From the NCBI GenBank assembly GCA_018371855.1, contig JAHAKD010000005.1, forward strand, positions 84,928 through 148,927: a DNA stretch of 64,000 nt, read 5' to 3'. Origin of the DNA: Clostridium sp. Lineage in GTDB: Bacteria > Bacillota > Clostridia > TANB77 > CAG-508. Positions 41,108 through 50,463 of the stretch are shown here, piece after piece. A model generated the notes under the pieces. That model made no database searches. It saw only the letters and a list, made by a program, of their open reading frames with translations, and was not told where the DNA came from. A program made the position numbers and the translations under genes. Each line of letters starts with the position of its first letter. The stretch's first letter is position 1.

Positions 41108-42679
41108 GTGAACAAAGAGGAAAAACTAAAAAAAGAGCAAAAAGCAAAAGAAATAAACAAATTGAAAGGTTTAAGAGTAACATTAATAGTATTTATTATT
41201 ATTTTGTTATCTTTAATATCTTTTGTAGGCATATATGTAAAAGATAAAAACGAAATGTCAGATATTATTCCAGACTTCATATTAGGCTCAGATGTAGAAG
41301 GAAATAGAATAATTAAATTAAATGTCGAAAAAGATGAAACAATAACGTTAACAGATTCAACAGGTGCTAAGATTGCATCAGGAACAGAAGAAGAACTTTC
41401 AAGCCAAGGCTATACGGAAGATGTTATTAAAGAAAATAGTTATACAAAAACATCAGAAGAAACAAATAAGGCAGAAAATTTAACTGCTGAAAATTATGAA
41501 AAATCAAAACAAATATTAATAAATAGACTAAAAACATCTGGAGTTACAGATTACAAAGTAAGACAAGATAAAGACAATGGGAATATAGTTGTGGAATTAA
41601 AAGAAGACAATTCAACAGATGATATAATATCAACATTATCAGAAGTAGGAAAATTCGAATTAAAAGATTCAGATACAGAAGAAATATTATTGAACAATGA
41701 TGATGTAAAAGATGCTAGAGTTTTATATAATAATACACAATCAGGAGTTAATGTGTATATAGAAATAGAATTTAATAAACAAGGAAAAGAAAAATTACAA
41801 GAAATATCAAAAACATATAACAGTAATGCAGAAGCAGAGGATACAACAAATACAGTAGATAACAATACAGTATCTAATGAAATAACAGAGGAAGACTTAA
41901 ATGCTGCAGGAACAGCAAACGAAACTACAAATACAACAACTGATGGAACAACAGATACAGAAGAAACATCATCTAAGAAAATAGATATGGTAATAGATGG
42001 AACTACAATTGCACCAGGTCAACAATTTTCTGAGGAAAATACAACAGGAAAATTAGACTTATTAATAGGTACAGGAAGTGCGTTAAGTACAGATGATGAA
42101 AACAACAAATTAGATACATATATAACACAAGCTCAAACAATGGCTTCATTAATAAAAAATGGTGTAATGCCAATTACATATTCATTAGAAAGCAATAAAT
42201 ATATAGAATCTCCAATAACAGTAGATTTACTAAAAAATGTAATTATAGTATTAGGAGCTATTGCAGTAGTATTATTTATCTTCTTAATAATTAAATTTAG
42301 AGTAAATGGAATACTTGCAACAATATCTAATGTTGGATTTATTGCAGTTATATTATTAATTTTAAGACTTACAAATGTAGAAGTAGGAATAGGTGGAATT
42401 ATAGGATTAGCATTAATACAATTATTAAATTATATATTACTTTACATGTTATTAAAAGCTGTAAAAGGTAAGAAAGATAATGAAAAAGTAATGAAGAGTG
42501 TACTTGTAAAATTCTGTATGATGTCTGTACCTGCATATATAATTGCTATTGTATTTGCATTTAACTCATTTATTCCAATATATAGTTTTGGAATGGTTGT
42601 TTTCTGGGGAATTACAACATCAGTTATATATAATTTACTTGTAACTAAAAATTTAATTATAAAAGCAGAAGAAAAATAA
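41108..42679 (+). CDS. SecD-like protein-export membrane protein (GTG start), atypical architecture
   Basis: N-terminal TM; ~330-aa extracytoplasmic domain with an acidic Thr/Asn-rich insert; C-terminal TM bundle resembling the SecD/SecF RND-type TM region. Confidence 0.4.
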   Translation: MNKEEKLKKEQKAKEINKLKGLRVTLIVFIIILLSLISFVGIYVKDKNEMSDIIPDFILGSDVEGNRIIKLNVEKDETITLTDSTGAKIASGTEEELSSQGYTEDVIKENSYTKTSEETNKAENLTAENYEKSKQILINRLKTSGVTDYKVRQDKDNGNIVVELKEDNSTDDIISTLSEVGKFELKDSDTEEILLNNDDVKDARVLYNNTQSGVNVYIEIEFNKQGKEKLQEISKTYNSNAEAEDTTNTVDNNTVSNEITEEDLNAAGTANETTNTTTDGTTDTEETSSKKIDMVIDGTTIAPGQQFSEENTTGKLDLLIGTGSALSTDDENNKLDTYITQAQTMASLIKNGVMPITYSLESNKYIESPITVDLLKNVIIVLGAIAVVLFIFLIIKFRVNGILATISNVGFIAVILLILRLTNVEVGIGGIIGLALIQLLNYILLYMLLKAVKGKKDNEKVMKSVLVKFCMMSVPAYIIAIVFAFNSFIPIYSFGMVVFWGITTSVIYNLLVTKNLIIKAEEK

Positions 42680-42696
42680 TATGAGAGGGTGAAAAG

Positions 42697-43380
42697 ATGG
42701 AACGCAAAAAAACTAATATGAAAAATAAAATACTATATCTTCTAATAGCAATTATAATAATTGCAGGTATAGTTGTTGGGTGTACAGCAAAGTTTAAATT
42801 TAGTTTAGCATATGATGATTCTAATAGAATCGAAGTTTATATTGGTAAAGATTATACAAAATCTGATGTAGAGTCTATTGCTAAAGAAGTGTTTGGAACA
42901 AATGATGTATTAATACAAAAAATAGAATTCTTTAATGATTCTGTAGCAATTACAGTAAGAGAAAGTAATGATGAGCAATTAAATAGCTTAGTAACAAAAA
43001 TAAATGAAAAATATGAAACATCTTTAACAAAAGATGATTTAATTGTAGTAGAGATACCTCATTATAGAGGAAGAGACTTAATGGCAAATTATGTTTGGCC
43101 TATAGTAATTTCAGCAGCTCTAATTATTGTTTATGAAGCAATAAGATTTAGAAAATTAGGAGTAGTAAAAGTTGTAGCAAAATTAATAATTTGGCCAATA
43201 GTAATAGAAGCACTATATTTAAGTGTTTTAGCAATAACTAGAATACCTATTAGTTATTACACATTACCATTAGGAATTATATTAGCAGTATTAACATTAA
43301 CAGTTATAACATATAAAAACGAAAAGAAATTAGTAGAACACAATAGAAAGAAAAATAATGGTAAAGAAGAAAAAGATTAA
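42697..43380 (+). CDS. SecF-like membrane protein (short)
   Basis: N-terminal TM, ~100-aa periplasmic domain, then a 3-4 TM helix bundle (YVWPIVISAALIIVYEAIRFR...). Confidence 0.35.
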   Translation: MERKKTNMKNKILYLLIAIIIIAGIVVGCTAKFKFSLAYDDSNRIEVYIGKDYTKSDVESIAKEVFGTNDVLIQKIEFFNDSVAITVRESNDEQLNSLVTKINEKYETSLTKDDLIVVEIPHYRGRDLMANYVWPIVISAALIIVYEAIRFRKLGVVKVVAKLIIWPIVIEALYLSVLAITRIPISYYTLPLGIILAVLTLTVITYKNEKKLVEHNRKKNNGKEEKD

Positions 43381-43389
43381 AAAAATATA

Positions 43390-43447
43390 AACGGGATATG
43401 GAAAGCCCCTGGGGGATTTTGGGGACGTTCCTTAAATCCCCGTTTTT
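43390..43447 (+). terminator. palindromic repeat copy C functioning as an intrinsic terminator (GGGGGATTTTGGGGACGTTCCTTAAATCCCCGTTTTTT)
   Basis: Same GGACGTTCC core with an outer AAACGGG/CCCCGTTT stem, followed by a T-run. Confidence 0.6.
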
Positions 43448-43556
43448 TATACAAAAATATTAGAACAAAAAAACAGGATGTATATCCTGTTTTTTTACAT
43501 TTATTAGGTTATATCTCATCAAATAAAATCAAAAATTTAGAAGTAAGATTAATATA

Positions 43557-44768
43557 TTATTTTTGTAATTTATAATAAGATTTTTTACCCTTTTTTAGAA
43601 TTGCAAATCCATCTTTAAAATCTGTATCTGAAAGTACATAGTTTGTATCAGATATTTTTGTATCATTTAAAGATATACCACCTTGTGTAATTAACTGGCG
43701 TGCTTGACCTTTTGATAGTGCAAATCCAACTTGAATTATTGCATCTAATATAGAAATATTATCTGCAACTGTAGCAGTTGGCATATTATCTAAACTACCT
43801 TGTCCACCAAATAAAGCATTAGAAGCTTCTTCAGCTTTTTTTGCTTCGTCTTCGCCATGAATTAATTTTGTTATTTCGTATGCAGCTACTTTTTTTGCTT
43901 CGTTTATTTTTTCATCTTTTAAATTAGAAAGTTCTTCTACTTTTTCCATAGGTAAGAAAGTAAGTAAACTTAAAACAGTTTTTACATCGGCATCATCAAT
44001 ATTTCTCCAATATTGATAAAAGTCATATGGCGATGTCTTAGCAGCATCTAACCAAAGAGCACCTTTCTCTGTTTTACCCATTTTTTTACCTTCTTTTGTT
44101 GTAAGAAGTTTAAATGTAAGACCATATGAATCAGAATGACCAATTCTTCTTATTAAGTCAACACCACCTAGAATGTTTGACCATTGGTCGTTTCCACCCA
44201 TTTGTAATTTACAACCATATTTATCATGTAAATATAAGAAGTCATATGATTGCATTAACATATAACTAAGTTCGAAAAATGTTAAACCTCTTTCCATTCT
44301 TTGTTTATAACATTCTGCAGCAAGCATTTTATTAACAGAAAATAATGAACCGATTTCTCTTGCAAAGTTAATAAAGTTTAAATCTAATAACCAATCTGCA
44401 TTATTAACTATTATTGCAGCGTTTTCACCTTCAAAAGATAAAAACTTAGCGATTTGCTTTTTAAAACATTCTACATTATGGTCAATTTCTTCCCTAGACA
44501 TCATTCTTCTCATGTCTGTTTTACCAGAAGGGTCTCCTATTGTAGCAGTACCACCACCTATTAAGATAATAGGTCTATGTCCAGCTTTTTGCATATGTGA
44601 TGCAACCATTAAAGAAATAAAGTGACCAACATGTAAACTATCTGCAGTTGGATCAAATCCTATATAAAATGATATTGATTCATTATCTAATAAATTTTTA
44701 ATTTCTTCTGGATGTGTTAATTGTTCTGTATAACCTCTTTGGGTTAATTCTTCAAAAATATTAGACAT
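43557..44768 (-). CDS. tyrS: tyrosyl-tRNA synthetase
   Basis: HVGH and KMGKT (KMSKS) class-I motifs, and a C-terminal S4 domain. Confidence 0.92.
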   Translation of the reverse strand: MSNIFEELTQRGYTEQLTHPEEIKNLLDNESISFYIGFDPTADSLHVGHFISLMVASHMQKAGHRPIILIGGGTATIGDPSGKTDMRRMMSREEIDHNVECFKKQIAKFLSFEGENAAIIVNNADWLLDLNFINFAREIGSLFSVNKMLAAECYKQRMERGLTFFELSYMLMQSYDFLYLHDKYGCKLQMGGNDQWSNILGGVDLIRRIGHSDSYGLTFKLLTTKEGKKMGKTEKGALWLDAAKTSPYDFYQYWRNIDDADVKTVLSLLTFLPMEKVEELSNLKDEKINEAKKVAAYEITKLIHGEDEAKKAEEASNALFGGQGSLDNMPTATVADNISILDAIIQVGFALSKGQARQLITQGGISLNDTKISDTNYVLSDTDFKDGFAILKKGKKSYYKLQK

Positions 44769-44780
44769 AAAACGTCCTCC

Positions 44781-45050
44781 TTATAAATTGATATCTATGT
44801 TATTTTTTTCTTTTTTTACAGCTTTAATAAAGTCTTTATTATTCATAAATCTATTTATATTTGATTCATCAATTCCAGTACCTTTACTTATGTCTGCAAC
44901 TGAAGCATCTTCTACTTGATTAGTTAAAAAAGTTTTTAATTTTGACATCTCAAAATTATCTTTTGGTGCACAATTTGGGCAAATATCATCTACTGATGAA
45001 AAAAAACATCCACAACGTATACATTTCTTAAAATTCATAATTAAGTTCAT
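44781..45050 (-). CDS. zinc-ribbon protein (TIGR03826/YvyF-like)
   Basis: CIRCG...CPNC zinc ribbon followed by a DISKGTGIDESNINRF helix. Lies 12 nt upstream of tyrS with no T-box in between. Confidence 0.4.
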   Translation of the reverse strand: MNLIMNFKKCIRCGCFFSSVDDICPNCAPKDNFEMSKLKTFLTNQVEDASVADISKGTGIDESNINRFMNNKDFIKAVKKEKNNIDINL

Positions 45051-45169
45051 TCCTTTCTAGTTTGATTATAAATAAAATAAATTTTCTAGCAGTATTCTAT
45101 CATAAAATACTACAAAAAAAAACTAAATATTACAAAAAACATATATAAATTTATTAAAAAAAGTGTTGA

Positions 45170-45209
45170 CAATTATTTGTTATTATGCCATAATGATAAT
45201 GGTTATCAT
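45170..45209 (+). promoter_or_regulatory. promoter TTGACA-17-CATAAT with a Fur-family 7-1-7 box TGATAATgGTTATCA
   Basis: Inverted repeat matching Fur/PerR box architecture, immediately downstream of the -10 of the Fur-family gene. Confidence 0.5.
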
Positions 45210-45222
45210 TTAAGGAGATGTT

Positions 45223-45627
45223 ATGGAAAGATATAGTAAGCAAAGAGAGTTAATATTAAACGTTTTAAAAGAAAGAAATGACCATCCAACTGCGGAAATG
45301 CTATATAATGATATAATAAAAATTATGCCAACTATAGGTATTGCAACAGTATATAGGAATTTAGCAGCATTATATGAAAGTGGTCAGATATTAAAAATAG
45401 AAACTAAACAAGGAGAATCTGATAGGTTTGACGGAAATCTTACGCCTCATCTTCATTTTCAATGTTTAGAATGTAACGAAATACAAGATATCTTTTTAGA
45501 CGATTTAGAAAACGAACAACTTAATGATAAACTTAAAGAATTTGCTAATATTATCAATGCAGAAGTAACAAGTTCCAAAATTCTTTTAAAAGGAAAATGT
45601 GAAAAATGCAAAAATAAGGAAATATAA
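45223..45627 (+). CDS. perR: Fur-family regulator, probably PerR
   Basis: Fur-fold HTH and a C-terminal CxxC...CxxC structural zinc site. Context: adjacent to rubrerythrin. Confidence 0.75.
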   Translation: MERYSKQRELILNVLKERNDHPTAEMLYNDIIKIMPTIGIATVYRNLAALYESGQILKIETKQGESDRFDGNLTPHLHFQCLECNEIQDIFLDDLENEQLNDKLKEFANIINAEVTSSKILLKGKCEKCKNKEI

Positions 45628-45736
45628 AATCCATATATGCAAATCTCACAGTTATAGTTAACCTAACTTTGTTGTTTCAGAAAAATCTAATGATTTTTCT
45701 TACATAATAAAATTTTATATTATAGGAGGAATAAAA

Positions 45737-46288
45737 ATGAAAGCTTATGTATGTAAAGTATGTGGATATGTACACATTGGAGATGAAGCTCCAGAAAAAT
45801 GCCCACAATGTGGAGCTGGTAAAGAAAAATTTGAATTAAAAGATATGAGTGGAGCTAAAGATTATGCTGACGAACACAGAATTGGTGTAGCTCAAGGTTT
45901 AGATGAAGAAGTTGTTAAAGGATTAAAAGATAACTTTATGGGAGAATGTACAGAAGTTGGTATGTACATTGCTATGAGTCGTCAAGCTGATAGAGACGGA
46001 TACCCAGAAATAGCAGAAGCATTTAAAAGATATGCATTAGAAGAAGCTGACCATGCAGCTAAATTTGCAGAATTATTAGGAGAAGTTGTTTATGCAGATA
46101 CAAAGAAAAACTTAGAGTTAAGAGCAGCTGCAGAACAAGGTGCTTGTATGGGTAAAAAAGAATTAGCTACAAGAGCTAAAGAATTAGGATATGATGCTAT
46201 ACATGATACAGTTCATGAAATGGCTAAAGATGAAGCTCGTCATGGAAGAGGATTTGACGGATTATTAAAAAGATATTTTTCTAAATAA
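45737..46288 (+). CDS. rbr: reverse rubrerythrin (N-terminal rubredoxin domain plus ferritin-like diiron domain)
   Basis: N-terminal CKVCGY...CPQCG rubredoxin site. Diiron ligands E..EA.H appear twice ([20 protein letters not shown]). Confidence 0.85.
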   Translation: MKAYVCKVCGYVHIGDEAPEKCPQCGAGKEKFELKDMSGAKDYADEHRIGVAQGLDEEVVKGLKDNFMGECTEVGMYIAMSRQADRDGYPEIAEAFKRYALEEADHAAKFAELLGEVVYADTKKNLELRAAAEQGACMGKKELATRAKELGYDAIHDTVHEMAKDEARHGRGFDGLLKRYFSK

Positions 46289-46415
46289 TATTTGTTAATA
46301 ATTAGTATGACTAAACGAATATAGGATGTTAATATTACACATCTTATATTCGCTTTTTATTTACAAATAAAAAATAGTTATGGTATAATTAAATGGACTT
46401 AAAATTTAAGAAGGT

Positions 46416-46796
46416 GTGTTTATGGCAGTATTATTATTTATAATATATATGCTAGTGCTGATAATATTTGGTTTGGTCGTATTTGCTGTTATGCAAATAA
46501 AGATGGCAGGTTTAACAGTAAAAGACTTCTGGTCATTTATAGAAGCAAACCAAGAATTAGATAAATTAGATAAAATCGCTAAAAAATATGAAAAAATGAG
46601 TATTCCTCAACAAATTATGTTTTTAAAAGAAGCAGAAAAGATATTTAGTGCTTTTGATAAGATACCTGCTTCAATATGGGAAGAAGAAACAAATAAATAT
46701 CAAAATGTTTTAGAGGCATACAAAGATATAAAAGTTATGAGATGGATAGAAAATGATAAGAGTAATGTAAAAGAGGAAGTTACAGATACTAAATAA
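46416..46796 (+). CDS. hypothetical membrane protein (GTG start)
   Basis: Single N-terminal TM. RBS AAGAAGGTG. Confidence 0.4.
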   Translation: MFMAVLLFIIYMLVLIIFGLVVFAVMQIKMAGLTVKDFWSFIEANQELDKLDKIAKKYEKMSIPQQIMFLKEAEKIFSAFDKIPASIWEEETNKYQNVLEAYKDIKVMRWIENDKSNVKEEVTDTK

Positions 46797-46822
46797 AAAA
46801 ATCAAAAAAAATAAAAAATTGT

Positions 46823-46852
46823 ATTGACAAACTATATATAAAGGTATTATAA
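46823..46852 (+). promoter_or_regulatory. tRNA promoter TTGACA-17-TATAAT
   Basis: Consensus hexamers ~30 nt upstream of the tRNA. Confidence 0.5.
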
Positions 46853-46880
46853 TAAGCATTGTCAGTTGCAAGACATTTAT

Positions 46881-46969
46881 GCAGATGTGGCGGAACTGGC
46901 AGACGCACAGGACTTAAAATCCTGCGAGGGTTAAACCTCGTGCCGGTTCGATTCCGGCCATCTGCACCA
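46881..46969 (+). tRNA. tRNA-Leu (anticodon UAA), encoded CCA
   Basis: Acceptor stem GCAGATG/CATCTGC; anticodon loop CUUAAAA; long variable arm; T-loop GGTTCGATTCC. Confidence 0.9.
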
Positions 46970-47001
46970 AAAAAGAGTAGTTTAAACACTACTCTTTTTT
47001 T
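46970..47001 (+). terminator. intrinsic terminator after the tRNA
   Basis: AAAAAGAGTAGT-ttaaac-ACTACTCTTTTTTT. Confidence 0.6.
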
Positions 47002-47076
47002 ATATGAAATAGAAGTGGAGAGCATAATAAGTGGAAGAAAAAAATAAAACCTCTTATTAGAAAATAAGAGGTTTTA

Positions 47077-47367
47077 TTAAATTCCTAAATCTTTAATTAT
47101 TTGTTTATTCTGTTTTGTAGCAGGCCAAGAAATTGTAAAGAATAATATAAAAAATATAATAACCAAAACAAAACCAACAATTGTACTATAACGCATTATA
47201 GCTAAAGATTCGAAAAGAGCTATTAAAATGGCATAAATTTTTCTATAGTTTTTCACAAGAGTTTGTTTTTGCTCATCAGAAGCTTTTTCCTTAACTTTTT
47301 TAGCTAATAGAATATCTGGTTTAGCCAAACTTATTATTAAAATTATTATTAAAAATAAATCTAACAC
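47077..47367 (-). CDS. small membrane protein (GTG start)
   Basis: RBS AAGGAGG then GTG. Two TM helices. Confidence 0.4.
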   Translation of the reverse strand: MLDLFLIIILIISLAKPDILLAKKVKEKASDEQKQTLVKNYRKIYAILIALFESLAIMRYSTIVGFVLVIIFFILFFTISWPATKQNKQIIKDLGI

Positions 47368-47552
47368 AATATTTCCTCCTTTGTTAATTTTATTTAATAT
47401 ATCATAAGAAAAGAACAAAAAAATATTAATTCAATAAGAAGTCTATTTACTGCCTTTTGCCTTTTATAAGCAAATGTGCTATAATAAATTTTGAGAAACT
47501 TGTAGATATAGCCATTGCACATTAAGTGCAAAGTCTAATAGGAGGAAGAAAT

Positions 47553-47918
47553 ATGAGAGAAATATTAGCAGAAACGAATGCAATAGAAACAATTAGGAAA
47601 ATAATTGTTGATTGCATTCGGAACAACAAGTGCGAAAGTACACAAGTATGGCTTCATGACGGAGTAGTAAAGAAACTTAAGAACGCACAAATTTATGGGA
47701 CAATTAATGTACCATATGAAGGTTGCATAATGTCAGCTTTTAAGCTCAAAAACGGTGAGAAGATGGAAATAACATATAAACGGGAAAAGAGCATAGCTAT
47801 AAGAAATTGGCACAATACATGGAGCAACATGAATGTCATTAAACATGTATATTTCCCGGATAGTAACGAGTACTTTTTCTTTGGAGCTGTAAATAAGGAA
47901 ATCTTAGTAATTAAGTAA
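47553..47918 (+). CDS. hypothetical protein (121 aa)
   Basis: RBS AGGAGG. GC ~34%. Followed by the hairpin ACATGGCTTTTCTAC/GTAGGAGAGCCATGT. Confidence 0.45.
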   Translation: MREILAETNAIETIRKIIVDCIRNNKCESTQVWLHDGVVKKLKNAQIYGTINVPYEGCIMSAFKLKNGEKMEITYKREKSIAIRNWHNTWSNMNVIKHVYFPDSNEYFFFGAVNKEILVIK

Positions 47919-47986
47919 TCTCATGTTTCGTACATGGCTTTTCTACATAAAAAGTAGGAGAGCCATGTATCAGTTTATATAAAAGA

Positions 47987-49519
47987 CTAAGGCAATTCTA
48001 TCTTTAAATGTTTGCTTTTTAAATTTTTTAATTTATCATTTATACGACTAGCAATATTATCATTATAATCACTATGGCTTTCTATCAAATTAATATAATA
48101 ATTTAATTTCTTCAAATAATTTTCCGAATTATTATTTTTTAAATATAAATCATAATAAATATATATCAATTCTTCTAAAGAAACTATAAGCTCGCAAGAA
48201 GAATCTTTAAGCAAAGAAATAGCTTTAGTTAAATCTTTATGAATTTCAATTTCTAAACATCCATCTTTAAAAAAATATTTTGCTAAATTATATTTAGACC
48301 AATTGCACAAAGTAAATTTTGGTGATTCACTAGATAAAGTGTAGTAATCAAAAGCTTTTTGTAAATTTATATTACCTATTTTTCCTAATCTGTAAAATTC
48401 ACCAACTCTATTCTGAGCCCAACTATCACCTAAATTAGCAGATTTCATATAATAATCAAAAGCAAGTTTTAAGTCATTTCGAGCCTCGTAAATTTTGCCA
48501 AGATTATTAAATGCATATACATGTCCCATATCTGATGCAATTTTAAACATTTCAATTGCTTTTTCTTCGTTCTTAGAAATATGAGAAATATTACCACAAA
48601 GTAGCATATTGCCAATACTTGTGTAAGCATTAGCACAATTTAGTTTCCTAGCTTTGTTGAAATATTTTAAAGCTAAATACATATCATGTTTAGATTTAGT
48701 ACCAATATGCCCTTCATAATATAAATAGCCAATAGCCCAATTAGCTGTCGGATGATTAGCCTTTGCAGCAATTTGATAGTAATCATAAGCTTTTTCATAT
48801 CTAGCTTTTCCCGTTATAATTCCATAACATTCCATAGAAGCCATCTCAAAACATGCAAAAGGATTACCATGCCTTGCTAATTCATAAATGCCTCTAATAG
48901 ACCAAATGCCAGAGGTTAATTGAATATTAATAAAATCTTCAATATCATTTACAGAAATATTTGTATCATATATTTTCTTTTCAATTATATTATTTAAATT
49001 TTCATCAATATAAATAGGTTGTTTTTTATCTAATACAGTGTAAAATAAAACTTCAGATATAAAATTATATAGATTGTTATTAGTTAAATTTGAGTATAAA
49101 CGATTAGAAAGATTAGTGGTAATATCCGAGTCATTTTTACTAATAGAATATAGTCGTGTACAAATATGTCGCATTTTTTCATTTGTGTTAAAAATATTAA
49201 TTGTAATTTTTGCTGGAACGTTAATATCTATTAATTTTAATATTTCAGAAAAAATAGGAAGTAAAGCAGAAGAATTTTTTTGATATTCACTTTTTAAACT
49301 TTTTATATAATTTTTATAAGTAGAATTAATTGCTCTAAAACCTGTACAGTAATTATTAACAGTACTATCTGCAATTGTATCTGTATTAAAAATTATAGAG
49401 AATAAATCTGCTTGCCAAAAACTTGCAGAATTATTACTTTCTTCTTTTAAAATTCTAAAAAAATTACCAAAAGATAAATAATTATCATTTATATTTAAAC
49501 GAATAAAATTCTTTTTCAT
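47987..49519 (-). CDS. Sel1-like/TPR repeat protein
   Basis: C-terminal half contains five or more Sel1-type repeats (AxxxLGxxYxxG...). Confidence 0.6.
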   Translation of the reverse strand: MKKNFIRLNINDNYLSFGNFFRILKEESNNSASFWQADLFSIIFNTDTIADSTVNNYCTGFRAINSTYKNYIKSLKSEYQKNSSALLPIFSEILKLIDINVPAKITINIFNTNEKMRHICTRLYSISKNDSDITTNLSNRLYSNLTNNNLYNFISEVLFYTVLDKKQPIYIDENLNNIIEKKIYDTNISVNDIEDFINIQLTSGIWSIRGIYELARHGNPFACFEMASMECYGIITGKARYEKAYDYYQIAAKANHPTANWAIGYLYYEGHIGTKSKHDMYLALKYFNKARKLNCANAYTSIGNMLLCGNISHISKNEEKAIEMFKIASDMGHVYAFNNLGKIYEARNDLKLAFDYYMKSANLGDSWAQNRVGEFYRLGKIGNINLQKAFDYYTLSSESPKFTLCNWSKYNLAKYFFKDGCLEIEIHKDLTKAISLLKDSSCELIVSLEELIYIYYDLYLKNNNSENYLKKLNYYINLIESHSDYNDNIASRINDKLKNLKSKHLKIELP

Positions 49520-49680
49520 ATATAACCTCCAATAAATATATAAACATTATATTTACATAATATATAAAAGTCAATATAAAAGCGTGAAATAAATGTGAAA
49601 TAAAATAAAATACGTGAAAAATTATGAGTTGATATTAGCATACAATAAAATATAGAATAGTAAAAAATAATAAGGAGCTG

Positions 49681-50448
49681 ATTAATATAAATATTTTAGG
49701 ACTAAATATTAATTACATAGAGCAAGGTGAAGGAGATAATGTCTTAATTTTACCTGGTTGGGGAACAGATTATAATGTATATAAAAATTTAATAGATAAT
49801 ATTTCTAAATATGCAAAAGTATATTATTTTGATATGCCAGGTTTTGGAAAGTCTGAAGAACCTAAAGAATCATGGAATACAGATAACTTTATAGAATTAG
49901 TAAAAGAATTTATTAAAATAAATAAAATAGATAATATAACATTAATTGGACATTCAAATGGTGGAAGAATTGCAATAAAAATGCTAAGTGAAGGAAATTT
50001 AGAATTTAAAGTAAGAAGGTTAATTTTAATAGGAAGTGCAGGAATAGTTCATAAAAAAACAGCAAGACAAAAGGCAAAGTTGTCTATAGTAAAATTGGGA
50101 AAAAAACTATTAAATACGGGAATTGCAAAAAAAATTGTACCAAATGCGCTAGAAAATTTAAAGAAAAAAATGGGATCAGTAGATTATCGTAATGCAACAC
50201 CTGTTATGAGAAATACATTAGTAAAATTAGTGAATGAGGATTTAAAAGATAGATTACAAAAAGTAAATGTTCCAACATTACTATTATGGGGAGAAAATGA
50301 TACAGAAACACCATTAGCAGATGCTAAAATTATGGAAAAAGAGATACCAAATGCAGGATTAGTAACTTTTAAAGGTTGTTCTCATTATGTATTTTTAGAA
50401 ATACCTGTACAAATAAATAATATAATTAAAAATTTTATAGGAAAATAA
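49681..50448 (+). CDS. alpha/beta-hydrolase fold protein (no canonical start codon for the conserved N-terminus)
   Basis: Nucleophile elbow GHSNGG and HGW-like oxyanion region LPGWG. The in-frame conserved N-terminus INILGLNINYIEQGEG extends 150 nt upstream of the first ATG and begins at ATT/ATA directly after RBS AAGGAG. Confidence 0.6.
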   Translation: MNINILGLNINYIEQGEGDNVLILPGWGTDYNVYKNLIDNISKYAKVYYFDMPGFGKSEEPKESWNTDNFIELVKEFIKINKIDNITLIGHSNGGRIAIKMLSEGNLEFKVRRLILIGSAGIVHKKTARQKAKLSIVKLGKKLLNTGIAKKIVPNALENLKKKMGSVDYRNATPVMRNTLVKLVNEDLKDRLQKVNVPTLLLWGENDTETPLADAKIMEKEIPNAGLVTFKGCSHYVFLEIPVQINNIIKNFIGK

Positions 50449-50463
50449 ATTTGGAGGATATTT

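Noticed and set aside
44769-45222. T-box leader expected upstream of tyrS
   Set aside because: No GGTGGTACCGCG-type T-box sequence or antiterminator is present. The space is occupied by a plausible zinc-ribbon ORF with coding periodicity.
46789-47047. ORFs 46789..47025 (-) and 46859..47047 (+)
   Set aside because: Both overlap the tRNA-Leu gene and its promoter and terminator. They are artefacts of the GC-rich tRNA sequence.
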